IMG/VR virus record: IMGVR_UViG_3300035681_000001
Span: 125,764 to 189,763 of that record
DNA from: a virus
DNA length: 64,000 nt
Reading direction: 5' to 3' (one strand)
Part shown: positions 37,091 through 47,138 of the stretch, in pieces
Layout: each line of letters starts with the position of its first letter
Position numbering within the stretch: position 1 is the first letter of the stretch
Translations under genes and position numbers: made by a program
The notes under the pieces: model-generated
The model's database searches: none
Told to the model about the DNA's origin: nothing
The model's input: only the letters and a program-made list of their open reading frames with translations

Positions 37091-37357
37091 ATGAAGTGCC
37101 AACCACAACCTGGACAAGTCTGGGTTAATAATAAAACCCATAATACAGCCACTGTCATCAGAGTTACCTCAGACAGGGTAATATTTAGAACTACAACAGA
37201 ATGGGACTGTTGTTATGAATTGTTTATTGAAACATATTCAATTGATGTAAAAAGTAGTATCGCAAACCTCGTAAAAGAACAGAAACTGTTAGCAGATAAC
37301 ATCAATAGACTCCTGACATACCAAAAAGAACTTGCTGAAACCAAAAACCCAGAATGA
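37091..37357 (+). CDS. Hypothetical protein
   Basis: 88-aa ORF overlapping the next start. Confidence 0.65.
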   Translation: MKCQPQPGQVWVNNKTHNTATVIRVTSDRVIFRTTTEWDCCYELFIETYSIDVKSSIANLVKEQKLLADNINRLLTYQKELAETKNPE

Positions 37358-37863
37358 GTCTCCACAAAATCTCAGGTAACCTACTCACACTAGCCGCCGA
37401 AGGTAAGTTTGATTGGGTGCTACACGGCTGCAACTGCCACCATACTTTTGGTAGTGGTATAGCTCGATCAATTGCTGAAAAATGGCCTGCGGCAGCTGCT
37501 GCAGATCGTAAAACCCCTTATGGAGATCGCAGGAAACTAGGAGCTTCTACTAATGCCCTAATAACTACTGAAGCCCGACCGTTTTACGTAGTAAACGTTT
37601 ACACACAGTTTGGCGTAAGTTCTGAAAAAGACCAATTTGAATACGAGGCCTTTGAGAGGTACTTAGTTAAACTAGCCAGACGGACTAAATTAATGCCAAA
37701 AGTTCAAATAGGTATGCCATATATCGGCTCAGGTAGAGCTAACGGAGACTGGCAACGCATCGAAAAGCTAATACAAACCTTTGCGGAAAGCAACGCAGAC
37801 GTTTATTTGGTTGACTATCGCCCACACGTGCCTCTAGACCCTCATTTGAACTTTGAAACCTGA
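37354..37863 (+). CDS. Macro domain (ADP-ribose binding/processing) protein
   Basis: GNLL...HGCNCHHTFGSGIARSIAEKWP...NVYTQ...MPYIGSG. Confidence 0.9.
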   Translation: MSLHKISGNLLTLAAEGKFDWVLHGCNCHHTFGSGIARSIAEKWPAAAAADRKTPYGDRRKLGASTNALITTEARPFYVVNVYTQFGVSSEKDQFEYEAFERYLVKLARRTKLMPKVQIGMPYIGSGRANGDWQRIEKLIQTFAESNADVYLVDYRPHVPLDPHLNFET

Positions 37864-37964
37864 AATTGAAGCAGCTATCTCAGCTTTTTGGGATGAATCC
37901 TTAAAGCACGAAACTTTAAGATCACCTGTCAGAATGGAAGCTGCTCTAACGGCAGCTTCCAAAG

Positions 37965-38378
37965 GTGCTTCAGCACTCAGCACACCTGACACCAACACCA
38001 ATCAACTTAAAAATGTTCCCTAGGTTCTTTAAGCAAATTTCATTTGCAGCCACAGCATACAAACACTATCCAACTGCAGAAAGCGGGATTGAAGCAGAAG
38101 AAATTGCCGAAAGAACTTCATTTGCCCTTGACTGCCTAAATAGCAAGACCTACTACAACCAAAGAGTTAACAGTTTTTTAGGTGAGGCTCTACCAGATAT
38201 ACTACAACTGTTTACGTGTGACGGACCTATTAAGCTACAACCACAAAATAATGACCACAGATTTATATCTAAGGTAGTTGAAAGACTAAAAAAGCTAGGC
38301 CTTACAGTTACAGTACATCAAAAAGGGCCACATTTTTATAAAACCTTAGAAGTAAACAAAGAAAACTACAAGATTTAA
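37965..38378 (+). CDS. Hypothetical protein
   Basis: 137-aa ORF; true start probably later. Confidence 0.6.
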   Translation: MLQHSAHLTPTPINLKMFPRFFKQISFAATAYKHYPTAESGIEAEEIAERTSFALDCLNSKTYYNQRVNSFLGEALPDILQLFTCDGPIKLQPQNNDHRFISKVVERLKKLGLTVTVHQKGPHFYKTLEVNKENYKI

Positions 38379-38397
38379 CATCCACGCCGCTAACCCA

Positions 38398-39078
38398 ATG
38401 GACATCGTTAATCTACCCACCCCTGTAGTTACTGTAGACCCAGCAGTACTAACTGAAGTACCCATTGCTGAAATTGCTGAAGTACCTACTGCTGAGGTAC
38501 CTACAGTAACTACAGACACGACCACACGCAAAGCTGAATTAGCAGCTAGAAAAGCTGCTCTAGCAGCTGAAGCTAAAGCTATCGTAGCTGCAGAACGTGC
38601 TGAAGCTAAAAAAGCCCGCGAATTAGCTAAAGCTAAGGTTCGCGCACAAGAAGAAGCACTAAAAGAAACAGCTAAAATGCTAATAGAGCTAGCTGTTTAC
38701 GTAAGGCGCAATTATTCCAGGTATCTTGATCAACTAGAAATAGAATTTACAACCTTCGGAGATTATATTGAAATTAGTGATATAAAAGTTATAAGTGAAA
38801 GCACAAGCGCAAGGCAAATTGAGCTAGAAACACTACAGTCCTTCTCTTATTATTATAATTTGCCAACCAGCAGTAGGCTACGAAAAGCAGGATTTACTAC
38901 ATACGATAGTATCCTAACCAACGTTATAGAAGAGCACATTTGCTGCTACCTACCACCTAATCAAGACGTTAGAGGCAAAGTAATAATAGAACCTACTGCT
39001 GCACCTGCAAACAGGGTTTTGGTGTACCTCCAAAACGAACCTGAAGCAGCACCTGCCTTTCCCGACCCAAACCCCTAA
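38398..39078 (+). CDS. Hypothetical protein with Ala/Lys/Glu helix
   Basis: 226-aa ORF. Confidence 0.7.
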   Translation: MDIVNLPTPVVTVDPAVLTEVPIAEIAEVPTAEVPTVTTDTTTRKAELAARKAALAAEAKAIVAAERAEAKKARELAKAKVRAQEEALKETAKMLIELAVYVRRNYSRYLDQLEIEFTTFGDYIEISDIKVISESTSARQIELETLQSFSYYYNLPTSSRLRKAGFTTYDSILTNVIEEHICCYLPPNQDVRGKVIIEPTAAPANRVLVYLQNEPEAAPAFPDPNP

Positions 39079-39102
39079 CTCACTAAACTCCGATTAAAAC
39101 CC

Positions 39103-39426
39103 ATGTTTGCTAACTTGGCCTACCACAGCTTTACAGCACTAACGGAAGGGCATTACCCTCCAGGTTTTGATAACTGCTTGGAACCACTGCAAACTCAACT
39201 AAAACGACAACAAAACCTAATAGAAGAGCAAGAAACAGTTGCCCTATTAAGAGAAGAAATCCTAAAACTACCCCCATTACAACGACAAATAGTAGCTTTA
39301 AGTTACTATCTAGGGAACAAGCAGACAAACGAGGTAGCTGCAACGTTAGGTCTTAGTGTTAAGGAAGTTGAAAACCAACACGAACAAGCTGTGGAAACTC
39401 TCAGGTACCAACTAAGCAACAAATAA
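39103..39426 (+). CDS. Stand-alone sigma-70 region 4 HTH protein
   Basis: LPPLQRQIVALSYY...TNEVAATLGLSVKEV...AVETLR; no region 2. Confidence 0.8.
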   Translation: MFANLAYHSFTALTEGHYPPGFDNCLEPLQTQLKRQQNLIEEQETVALLREEILKLPPLQRQIVALSYYLGNKQTNEVAATLGLSVKEVENQHEQAVETLRYQLSNK

Positions 39427-39469
39427 AAAAGTAATAAGGTGAAAACCAAAACCAAAACCAACCAAACAC

Positions 39470-39883
39470 ATGGACTCTAGTGTTCTTAAATTCTGCCAGT
39501 GCCTAAACTGGAATAAAAAGTTGGTGTCTTTGTGCTCTCGACTAATAAATGAACTGTCAGAATACAAAGCTCTTCACCCACAACACGACAAACAACTTGT
39601 AAATCACGCTCGTACGTTGCTAAGCCACCATCCTTCTATTGAAGCCTTAACTGAAATTTCAACTGAAGAACTCTCAACCAGCCAACCTACCCAATGGTTC
39701 TTTTACAGTGGATTTGAGAAGTTAACTGAAACTGAGCGAGCCTACTTTTGTGGATCTTATAAGCCTGATTGCTATAAAATGCCAGGTTGTATTGAAGTCG
39801 CAGCAAAAGAAATAGCTAGAGGTCGCAATTGCTCGGTAGAAGCCATACACCTTACAGCTTTTACTCCTTTACCTAACTCCTAA
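39470..39883 (+). CDS. Hypothetical protein
   Basis: 137-aa ORF. Confidence 0.6.
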   Translation: MDSSVLKFCQCLNWNKKLVSLCSRLINELSEYKALHPQHDKQLVNHARTLLSHHPSIEALTEISTEELSTSQPTQWFFYSGFEKLTETERAYFCGSYKPDCYKMPGCIEVAAKEIARGRNCSVEAIHLTAFTPLPNS

Positions 39884-40233
39884 TGAAAACCAAAGGTTCT
39901 AATCTTACCCCAGTAGGATCTCAAGAAGCTTTACGACTTGCTGATTGGATAAGCGCAGAAGCTGAAGCAGAAGCTCAATCAGCAGGTACCTCAGCAGTGG
40001 GTACTTCAGCTTTTTGTTATAAATGCGGACGTATTGCTGTAGCACTAAAGCAACTAGCTGCACTAACTAACAGTTCAACAGAACAAGGGTTGTGCTGTGA
40101 AGTGGATGGACCAGCTGTGCCCACAGGCAGGGAACTGGCCTCTATCAATAAGCAGTCTACAGCACACAGCTGGCCTTTTGATAAAGACTCAGTTTATGGC
40201 TACGGACCTGAACCTATTCCACAAACTGAATGA
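39883..40233 (+). CDS. Hypothetical protein
   Basis: TAATG coupling. Confidence 0.6.
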   Translation: MKTKGSNLTPVGSQEALRLADWISAEAEAEAQSAGTSAVGTSAFCYKCGRIAVALKQLAALTNSSTEQGLCCEVDGPAVPTGRELASINKQSTAHSWPFDKDSVYGYGPEPIPQTE

Positions 40234-40445
40234 GCACTATAGAAGCTGAGCTAATCAATCTGATTGACAAGCTCAGGGCTTTAGGTGCATATGCTGACGC
40301 TGCTTTAGCCGATTACCTTATGTTTCAAGCGAAAGGATACCTACCTGAATTGCTGGAACTTAAAGGTTATGCAACTACAGCACTTGAAGCTCATACCGCA
40401 ACGCTTAAAGAACGTAGCGGGCCAGATAAAGCCACAACTACCTAA
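40230..40445 (+). CDS. Hypothetical protein
   Basis: ATGA overlap. Confidence 0.55.
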   Translation: MSTIEAELINLIDKLRALGAYADAALADYLMFQAKGYLPELLELKGYATTALEAHTATLKERSGPDKATTT

Positions 40446-40519
40446 ATTAACACCTTACTGACAAACTGACAAATTCTCTAAGCTCCAAAAAAGCCCATCC
40501 AAGTATTGTAAATCTCACC

Positions 40520-40738
40520 ATGACTACCCCGAGTGTTGTAGACTTCGCCGTTGAAGTACTACAAATGAACAGAAGAATCATGGAATTAGAGGCTGAGGTT
40601 GAACGCCTTAGTTTCTTCAAAGAAGAATATTTTAAGCTAATGGAACATTCCAATAATCATACTAATAGGCTATTCGGTATTGCACTCCTAGGAGCAATTG
40701 GTGATATTGAAGGTGCTCAAGCACTAGCCGATTCTTAA
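40520..40738 (+). CDS. Small coiled-coil protein
   Basis: 72-aa ORF. Confidence 0.6.
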   Translation: MTTPSVVDFAVEVLQMNRRIMELEAEVERLSFFKEEYFKLMEHSNNHTNRLFGIALLGAIGDIEGAQALADS

Positions 40739-40773
40739 ACCTCAATTCTCTTTCACCCCTACCACCACCTACA

Positions 40774-41043
40774 ATGCTTTCCGTTCACTATCCAGGTTGG
40801 ATCCAGCACATTTCTCTTGACAGGCCAAAAGGCTCTAATCCAAAAAACTTTCCACCAGAAGGTTATAAATCAAAAGAAGCCAAAGACCTAAACGACAACT
40901 GCTTAAGTGTAATTAAAATTGAAGCTAACTATGACGAATTGCTAAAGTGCTGTCACATTTTAGGTAGGACACCTCCAGAGTCTACGATCCTTACTCACAC
41001 TTTCATAGGTGTTAATGCTCAAGAGATTGCCGCTAACTGGTAA
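40774..41043 (+). CDS. Hypothetical protein
   Basis: 89-aa ORF. Confidence 0.6.
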   Translation: MLSVHYPGWIQHISLDRPKGSNPKNFPPEGYKSKEAKDLNDNCLSVIKIEANYDELLKCCHILGRTPPESTILTHTFIGVNAQEIAANW

Positions 41044-41087
41044 ATCTATCTATAAATCACTAACCGACTAACCCACTAACCTACCTG

Positions 41088-41411
41088 ATGACTATGGACT
41101 TGCCTGTATCTGAATCTGAACTCTGGGATCTAGAACTAGAACTTTATTATGCATCGGAAACTATTGCCGGTAGGTTTTTTGAAGCTGTACAAAAACTAAA
41201 CTGGCAGCAATTTGATATCGAGGTTTGGGGAATGATTTTTAAAGGTTACATCCTAGTAACCTTGCAGGAGTTGTGGGAAGCAGGAGGGCTGGATTACGTT
41301 ACACGAGCGTTAGAAATACTGATTGAAGATCCAGCCAGTTTGCGTAAACTGCGTTCAGAAGGACAACTAACTGCATTAGCAGATTTCTACGAACAGCTAG
41401 TAAACGCATGA
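41088..41411 (+). CDS. Hypothetical protein, paralogue of 41408-41758
   Basis: KGYILVTLQELWEAGGL vs KGTFSVTLRDCWEIGGL. Confidence 0.7.
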   Translation: MTMDLPVSESELWDLELELYYASETIAGRFFEAVQKLNWQQFDIEVWGMIFKGYILVTLQELWEAGGLDYVTRALEILIEDPASLRKLRSEGQLTALADFYEQLVNA

Positions 41412-41758
41412 TTCCCAACTACGCTGCTGCAGGTATTGATCCTGTAATACAAGCTGTTCGCTTAAGAACCACAGGCCAAATTTGGCCTGTGGGGTTGTAT
41501 GATCACCCTTTATGGAATCAAGAGTTTACCCTACATTCAAACCGCAAAACAATTGCCAGTAGGTTTTTCTATGTATGTCAGTCTGGCTGGCCTGCACTTT
41601 CTACCAGTAGGTGGGAGTGGATCCTAAAAGGAACCTTTAGTGTCACTTTACGTGATTGTTGGGAAATAGGCGGGCTTTCACTAGTAAGGCAACACCTAAG
41701 AACACCTACTGTGATTCAACTTAAACTTGAAGATGTAGCAACTACAACGTCGTTTTGA
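41408..41758 (+). CDS. Hypothetical protein, paralogue of 41088-41411
   Basis: Shared motif; ATGA overlap. Confidence 0.7.
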   Translation: MIPNYAAAGIDPVIQAVRLRTTGQIWPVGLYDHPLWNQEFTLHSNRKTIASRFFYVCQSGWPALSTSRWEWILKGTFSVTLRDCWEIGGLSLVRQHLRTPTVIQLKLEDVATTTSF

Positions 41759-41759
41759 C

Positions 41760-42338
41760 GTGTACTTACCTAATCACACACCACAGCGGCGCAGCAATAG
41801 CTCCGCTCCACCCACACCCGTACTTCATGCCATGTCAATGAAAATTGAAATTGACTTAAACGACGTTTTTCGTGATGAAAGTGGCTATCCCGAAGAATCT
41901 ACCGAAGACTCAATTAGGCGACAAGTCCTTACTCGCTTAACGACTGAATACCGAGAGCGGCTTTTCAAGCGTTTTGACGATGAACTAGCTGCGATCATGC
42001 AGGCTCAGATCCAGGAAGCTATCAAGTTACAAATGCCATCTTTGGTAGATGACATTATGAACGCTGAGTTTACCCCAGTTAGCAATTACGGAGAACGCTC
42101 CAACCCCACTACTTTTAGGGAGGAGATTGTTAAAGCTATCAAATCTGAGCTGTCATACAAACCCAAGAGCTACTCCAGCGAAGAAAACGTTTTTACAAGA
42201 GCCGTGAAGGGTGTTGTTAATGAGCAGACAAAAGTTATTGAAAAAGCGCTGAGAGCAGAAATAGATGACTCATTCAAGCGTGATGCTATCGCTTTTGCCG
42301 TCACAAAGATTCAAGAAAGACTAGGTCTATCTAAGTAA
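41760..42338 (+). CDS. Hypothetical helical protein
   Basis: 192-aa ORF; ATG near 41829 likely. Confidence 0.7.
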   Translation: MYLPNHTPQRRSNSSAPPTPVLHAMSMKIEIDLNDVFRDESGYPEESTEDSIRRQVLTRLTTEYRERLFKRFDDELAAIMQAQIQEAIKLQMPSLVDDIMNAEFTPVSNYGERSNPTTFREEIVKAIKSELSYKPKSYSSEENVFTRAVKGVVNEQTKVIEKALRAEIDDSFKRDAIAFAVTKIQERLGLSK

Positions 42339-42356
42339 CCCCCTCATTCAACTCAC

Positions 42357-43001
42357 ATGACCACTCCCACCCCACCCCGTGGGTGTTTTATAGCACTAGA
42401 AGGCATTGATGGCTGTGGTAAGACTACTACTACTAAAGCTCTAGCTGAGTGGCTACCCACCAGTGGATTAATGCCCTCAGGTGCTAAGTTAGTAGTAACC
42501 CGAGAACCAGGGGGTACTGCTCTAGGTGCAGAAATACGAAAACTATTGCTGCATCCACTCAACGTACCTACCCCTACCACTGAGTTGCTTCTATTTACAG
42601 CTGATAGAGCACAACACGTAGAAACTATTATCAAGCCTGCTCTAGCAGCAGGTGATTGGGTATTATGTGATCGCTACACTGGTTCTACGGTAGCTTACCA
42701 AGGTTACGGCCGAGGTATTGATTTAGGACTCATAGCTTCTTTAGAGCAAGTAGCCACTTCAGGCCTCAAACCAGACCTTACTCTGTGGTTGTACTTGTCA
42801 GTTGAAGAGTCATTAGCTCGTAGGAAAACTAAAACCAACGACCACATCGAATCAGCAGGCGAGGCTTTCCTAAAAAGGGTTGCAGCAGGTTTTGCTGATA
42901 TAGCCTGCAAAAACTGGCATCTTATCGACGCCCATCAAACAGCCAACGCAGTTTTGTCAGACTGCCAAAAAACCATTCAACTTTATTTCCCCCACCAATG
43001 A
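42357..43001 (+). CDS. tmk: Thymidylate kinase
   Basis: FIALEGIDGCGKTT, TREPGGT, LFTADRAQH, LCDRYTGSTVAYQGYGRG, PDLT. Confidence 0.97.
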   Translation: MTTPTPPRGCFIALEGIDGCGKTTTTKALAEWLPTSGLMPSGAKLVVTREPGGTALGAEIRKLLLHPLNVPTPTTELLLFTADRAQHVETIIKPALAAGDWVLCDRYTGSTVAYQGYGRGIDLGLIASLEQVATSGLKPDLTLWLYLSVEESLARRKTKTNDHIESAGEAFLKRVAAGFADIACKNWHLIDAHQTANAVLSDCQKTIQLYFPHQ

Positions 43002-43373
43002 ACGCAAAGTACGTATTTCTCGGCGGAACCTGCAACGGTTCTACTTGTTACTACAACATGGACTGAAGTAGATAAAGCTGAAGAGCTTCGTCAGCGTGAA
43101 AGCTGTAATTACTGTCTTTATGTAATTACACCTGAAATGACTGGAGTTTACTCCACTGCTGAGGCGGTAGAAGATAGTATCAAGCGCCCTAACAAAACTC
43201 TTTTCTGCTTTTTAACAGAAGCTAACGGCAAACAGTTTGATAAACCTCAAATCAAAAGTCTTCAAGCAACATCAGAACTGATACAAAGAAACGGTGCCCG
43301 TATTTTTCAAAGCCTTGAAGGTGTAGCAGCCTGGTTAAGATTCTCCGCAGAGCATGACTCGCACCATACGTAA
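42998..43373 (+). pseudogene. Nucleoside 2-deoxyribosyltransferase-like gene with internal deletion and frameshift
   Basis: VFLGGTCNGST in one frame; WT...EELRQRESCNYCLYVITPEMTGVYS in another; the usual WR...YFNP segment is missing. Confidence 0.65.
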
Positions 43374-43716
43374 AGTTCCTATACGGCGGCAGCACCGCCG
43401 CCCTCTTACTCAAAGAACCAGAAAAGCTAAATACCTAGAACTAGCAGAACTAGACGACCTAGGTGCAAGGCTACAATCTCGGGTATCCACTTTATGGATA
43501 CCCAGCGCTTATGGAGACCTAAAAGTAAGCAGCTTAACTCAATACCACCCCTACCGGTTATGGTTGCAAAAACGATGTACCGAGTTTCTTAAAAGCCGAC
43601 CCGGTAAACTTCAGTTTGACACACCAGATTGGTATGAGTGGCACCAAAACTACTTACGAACAAAGAATAATGCAAGATCCCGCAGTTCCAGATCCACGCA
43701 ACGACGAAGACTATGA
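43354..43716 (+). CDS. Basic hypothetical protein
   Basis: 120-aa Arg/Lys-rich ORF. Confidence 0.6.
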   Translation: MTRTIRKVPIRRQHRRPLTQRTRKAKYLELAELDDLGARLQSRVSTLWIPSAYGDLKVSSLTQYHPYRLWLQKRCTEFLKSRPGKLQFDTPDWYEWHQNYLRTKNNARSRSSRSTQRRRL

Positions 43717-44561
43717 CACCTACGATTACGGTACCGAGCCCCTGCCCGGAGATCGTACCTGGCAGCGATTACCACTACTTGAACGAAACGTTTCAGAAGC
43801 TGGTAAAACTGGACATAGCCGACCTTAAATACTTACTGGTAAGTACACCTTGGGTTCATTTTTTACAGTATAGTGATGCAAAAGACAAAGTAGTCCTTAG
43901 TAGCACAGAATCTTTTAAACACGCTTGTTGGGGTAATAGCTTTATGCCTCAGGAGTATAAAGACCATTATTACTCTAATCTTTTAATAGACAAAACACTC
44001 CTGTCACCCCCCTATGGATGTAGGGTGTATAGTGGCGTACCTGATACTTTTGAAAATCCACTTACGCGATTGGTGTGGTTAGCCCTAAAAGACTCTTTCC
44101 GAGATCCAAATTTTAATCAACGTGGTGCTTGGGAAAAAATCATAAGTGCAGGGGGAGTTACAGAAGATGTTTTACTGGACATCTTTAAATGTGTGCAACC
44201 TGCCACCAAATCACGTTTTGTAGAAGATGCCCTTTATAGCACCACAGCAAATATACCATCAAGCTTTATAGACTACGTTAGCTCCGCTGGAAACTGTGGC
44301 GAGTTTAGCAGCGTGCATATCCCCAGAGCACTAGAAGTATTAAACCAGCTTGATAGGGGCCAAATACTTGGAAAATGGAAGCTGGTTGGAGCTAATAATC
44401 TGTGTCAACATGTTGCTGGTTGCATCAATGATCACTGTACTAAACCGCAGAACACTCCCACCACCACTGCCGGGGACACTACGGATAGTAGTGGATCGAA
44501 CGTCAGCGTTAGGGAACCCGTTCCCGATCACTTCGCCCGACTCGCAGGCGTTAGTAATTAA
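43713..44561 (+). CDS. Hypothetical protein
   Basis: 282-aa ORF; both ends uncertain because of overlaps. Confidence 0.6.
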   Translation: MTPTITVPSPCPEIVPGSDYHYLNETFQKLVKLDIADLKYLLVSTPWVHFLQYSDAKDKVVLSSTESFKHACWGNSFMPQEYKDHYYSNLLIDKTLLSPPYGCRVYSGVPDTFENPLTRLVWLALKDSFRDPNFNQRGAWEKIISAGGVTEDVLLDIFKCVQPATKSRFVEDALYSTTANIPSSFIDYVSSAGNCGEFSSVHIPRALEVLNQLDRGQILGKWKLVGANNLCQHVAGCINDHCTKPQNTPTTTAGDTTDSSGSNVSVREPVPDHFARLAGVSN

Positions 44562-44742
44562 ACAATACCGTGAGTGGTTGGTCAAACAACTACAAACTCG
44601 CAATAGAGCTTCAGCTGCTTTCAACCACTTACTGAAACTAGGGCAACACCACGACTTAGAACTTGTTTGCTGCAGCCCTTTAGACTGCGCAGACATCATT
44701 AAAGAACTATTAGAGCAGCGTTTGTATCCTCCTACCACTTAA
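44428..44742 (+). CDS. DUF4326-like protein
   Basis: MITVLN...VDRTSALGNPF...QYREWL...CCSPLDCAD. Confidence 0.75.
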   Translation: MITVLNRRTLPPPLPGTLRIVVDRTSALGNPFPITSPDSQALVIKQYREWLVKQLQTRNRASAAFNHLLKLGQHHDLELVCCSPLDCADIIKELLEQRLYPPTT

Positions 44743-45590
44743 TGACTGAGTCTGTTTGGGTTGATCCTGCAGCTTTTAGGGATGAAGCTAGTATTCCCAC
44801 TAGTCCTCTAGAGCAAACTACACTTTCTTACTCCAAGCTACGTACGTTACACGTCAACGGCGCCCTTACTTACCAGCGTAGGTATCTAGAGGGACTAAAA
44901 GACCCTATGACAGAAGCTCAAATCTTAGGGATTGCAACCCATAAAAAGCTACTGGAACCGGAATCGTTTGGCGAAGACTTTTTGGTTTTACCTAAATTAG
45001 ACAAACGCAAAAAAGCAGATAAGGAACAGTATGAAAACGCTGTAGAAGAAGCTGCTGTTGAGGGTAAACTCATAATTCAAGAACCAGCTGCAGAAGCTGC
45101 TGCTGCTATGGCAGCAGCAGTAAGCAGCCATCCTCTAGTAGCACCTTTACTGGAGGATGCACTAAAAGAAGTAGAACTTAGATGGCATAAAACAGCTACG
45201 TATGGAGGTCAGCAACACAATTTTCCTACCGTAGCTTATCTAGACTTCCTGAACCCCACATTAAAAGCAATGGGGGACCTAAAAGTTATCTCAGGTGGGT
45301 TTGACCCTTATCGCTTTCCTAGTAAAGCTAAAAAAGAGTTTTACCACGGCCAAACAGGGTTGTATTTAGAAGGAGCTGAAATTAACTCAATTGAAGTTGA
45401 GTCTTTTAATTTCATTTTGGTCTCATCTAAAGCACCATACGACGTAGCCGTTTGCCCTACTGAACGCGAGTTTATGGAGCGTGGTAGGGTAGCTGCTACA
45501 ACTACCACTAATGCGCTGTACCAACGGCTGTTGAGTAATAACTGGATTTCGTATCCAGAACCAATACCAGTAAACTTTGTACCCTGGTAG
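44742..45590 (+). CDS. PD-(D/E)XK nuclease, DUF3799 / RecE (exonuclease VIII)-like
   Basis: LSYSKL, GIATHKKLLEP, LDFL...DLK, YHGQTGLYLEG, FILVSSKAPY. Confidence 0.85.
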   Translation: MTESVWVDPAAFRDEASIPTSPLEQTTLSYSKLRTLHVNGALTYQRRYLEGLKDPMTEAQILGIATHKKLLEPESFGEDFLVLPKLDKRKKADKEQYENAVEEAAVEGKLIIQEPAAEAAAAMAAAVSSHPLVAPLLEDALKEVELRWHKTATYGGQQHNFPTVAYLDFLNPTLKAMGDLKVISGGFDPYRFPSKAKKEFYHGQTGLYLEGAEINSIEVESFNFILVSSKAPYDVAVCPTEREFMERGRVAATTTTNALYQRLLSNNWISYPEPIPVNFVPW

Positions 45591-45767
45591 TAATACAACT
45601 AAAGTGACAGCTCCACAGGCTAAATCTAGCGTGGTTTTTAAACACAATAGTTGTATTACAAGATCAGTACCTAAAGCAGCTATAAGCTATACTTTGTTAA
45701 AAGCTTTAACTTAAGCACTTCTTAGCAGACCCACAAACAAAGAACATCACCAGCAAAGTAAAAAACA

Positions 45768-46022
45768 ATGACCACCGATCCACTACTCAGAGAAGCTATT
45801 CGGCTGGGCTTTACAGTCACACCAGGTAGTAACCACTGGAAACTCACACACGAAAATGGAGGGAGGACCGTGCTTTCATACAACGGAGGGCACAAAAAGA
45901 AACCCAAAGCACAACAAGACTTTCTAGCTGACCTTCGCAGAATAGTACGAGGTCAATTTGCACCACCCAGGACTCAAAAACCACCTAAACTCACTAAGGT
46001 TAAAAGCCGTAAGGGCAGTTAA
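45768..46022 (+). CDS. HicA-like small RNase-fold protein
   Basis: LGFTVTPGSNHWKLTHENGGRTVL pattern. Confidence 0.6.
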   Translation: MTTDPLLREAIRLGFTVTPGSNHWKLTHENGGRTVLSYNGGHKKKPKAQQDFLADLRRIVRGQFAPPRTQKPPKLTKVKSRKGS

Positions 46023-46072
46023 GCATCTAACGTACACCTCTAAACCAAACTCACCACTCTGGTAAAAACAAC

Positions 46073-46318
46073 ATGTTGAACTTCCGTATTCCATTTCTAC
46101 GTGACTTCAAACTCTTCCTAGAAGATATTACTTTTTGTCCAATAGCATCCTTTCATAATTGGTGTTGGTTGATGACCCATCAGATTGATGAACCATATTA
46201 TGAAAGTAATTATGCTTGGTTTTGGGTTCACTTAAACTGTTACTCTGATTTAGATAATGGTGGCTGTGAACACATTCCTACTCCTGAGTTCCTAATTGAA
46301 CTAAATGGCCCGCTTTAA
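46073..46318 (+). CDS. Hypothetical protein
   Basis: 81-aa ORF. Confidence 0.6.
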   Translation: MLNFRIPFLRDFKLFLEDITFCPIASFHNWCWLMTHQIDEPYYESNYAWFWVHLNCYSDLDNGGCEHIPTPEFLIELNGPL

Positions 46319-46363
46319 AGCACCTAACCCGTACCACTACACCACACTTAACTGAGCTTTACC

Positions 46364-46741
46364 ATGAAACCATTTGAGTATTACGATCCCAGCGCCCTTA
46401 CTGCAACAGCAGACTACACTACAGTCTACGTTCACGATAGGGGCAAATTGATTTGGGAGGGTACCTTTTACGAATTTATGCGGCAACGTTTTAGTAGTAA
46501 GCTAGCTGTGCAAAAAGTAGTAGATATTGCAAAGTATAACAAGCACCAACAAGAATACGATAAAAAAAGAGCAGAACTTCGTGCAGAATTTCAAAAAGAT
46601 TTGTTTGAAGAATTTGGTGTTACTGACCACCCTAAAGCAGTCCGGATCTATAACTATGTCTACTCAAAACACCCTCATTACACCTTTAGGGAAATTTATG
46701 ATACATTCGGTGAAATTGTAACGTTACTCATAAAAGACTAA
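46364..46741 (+). CDS. Hypothetical protein
   Basis: 125-aa ORF. Confidence 0.7.
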   Translation: MKPFEYYDPSALTATADYTTVYVHDRGKLIWEGTFYEFMRQRFSSKLAVQKVVDIAKYNKHQQEYDKKRAELRAEFQKDLFEEFGVTDHPKAVRIYNYVYSKHPHYTFREIYDTFGEIVTLLIKD

Positions 46742-46892
46742 GCCGCTCACACGTTAATTAATCATGACCATTGTAATTCCAGCTTGGCTAGTAGGTTTCC
46801 TAACAACAGCAGGGTGGATAGGACTTATAGTACTGGCCGCTTTAGGCTGTGTAATGGTTTATATCATAGCTACCTTTAGGTTTTAATCACGG

Positions 46893-47138
46893 TTGACTAA
46901 AACTCCAGGCCCGCGCTCTCGTCTTAAAGTAGGAGAAACAGTTAAGGTACTAAGAAACATCTACCGTCTGCCATCAGAACCCGACCCACGTAAATCCCAA
47001 CTCTACGCAGCTGAAGGAACTGTAGGGGTAATAGAAGAACTTTTTGCTGACTTCGAGAGACCACCTAGGCACTACGCTAAAGTTAGGTCCGGAGACCAAC
47101 TTTTGACTTTAAGAATCACTTCACTAGGTAGGGTATGA
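46893..47138 (+). CDS. Small SH3-like protein
   Basis: LKVGETVKV...GTVGVIEE. Confidence 0.55.
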   Translation: MTKTPGPRSRLKVGETVKVLRNIYRLPSEPDPRKSQLYAAEGTVGVIEELFADFERPPRHYAKVRSGDQLLTLRITSLGRV

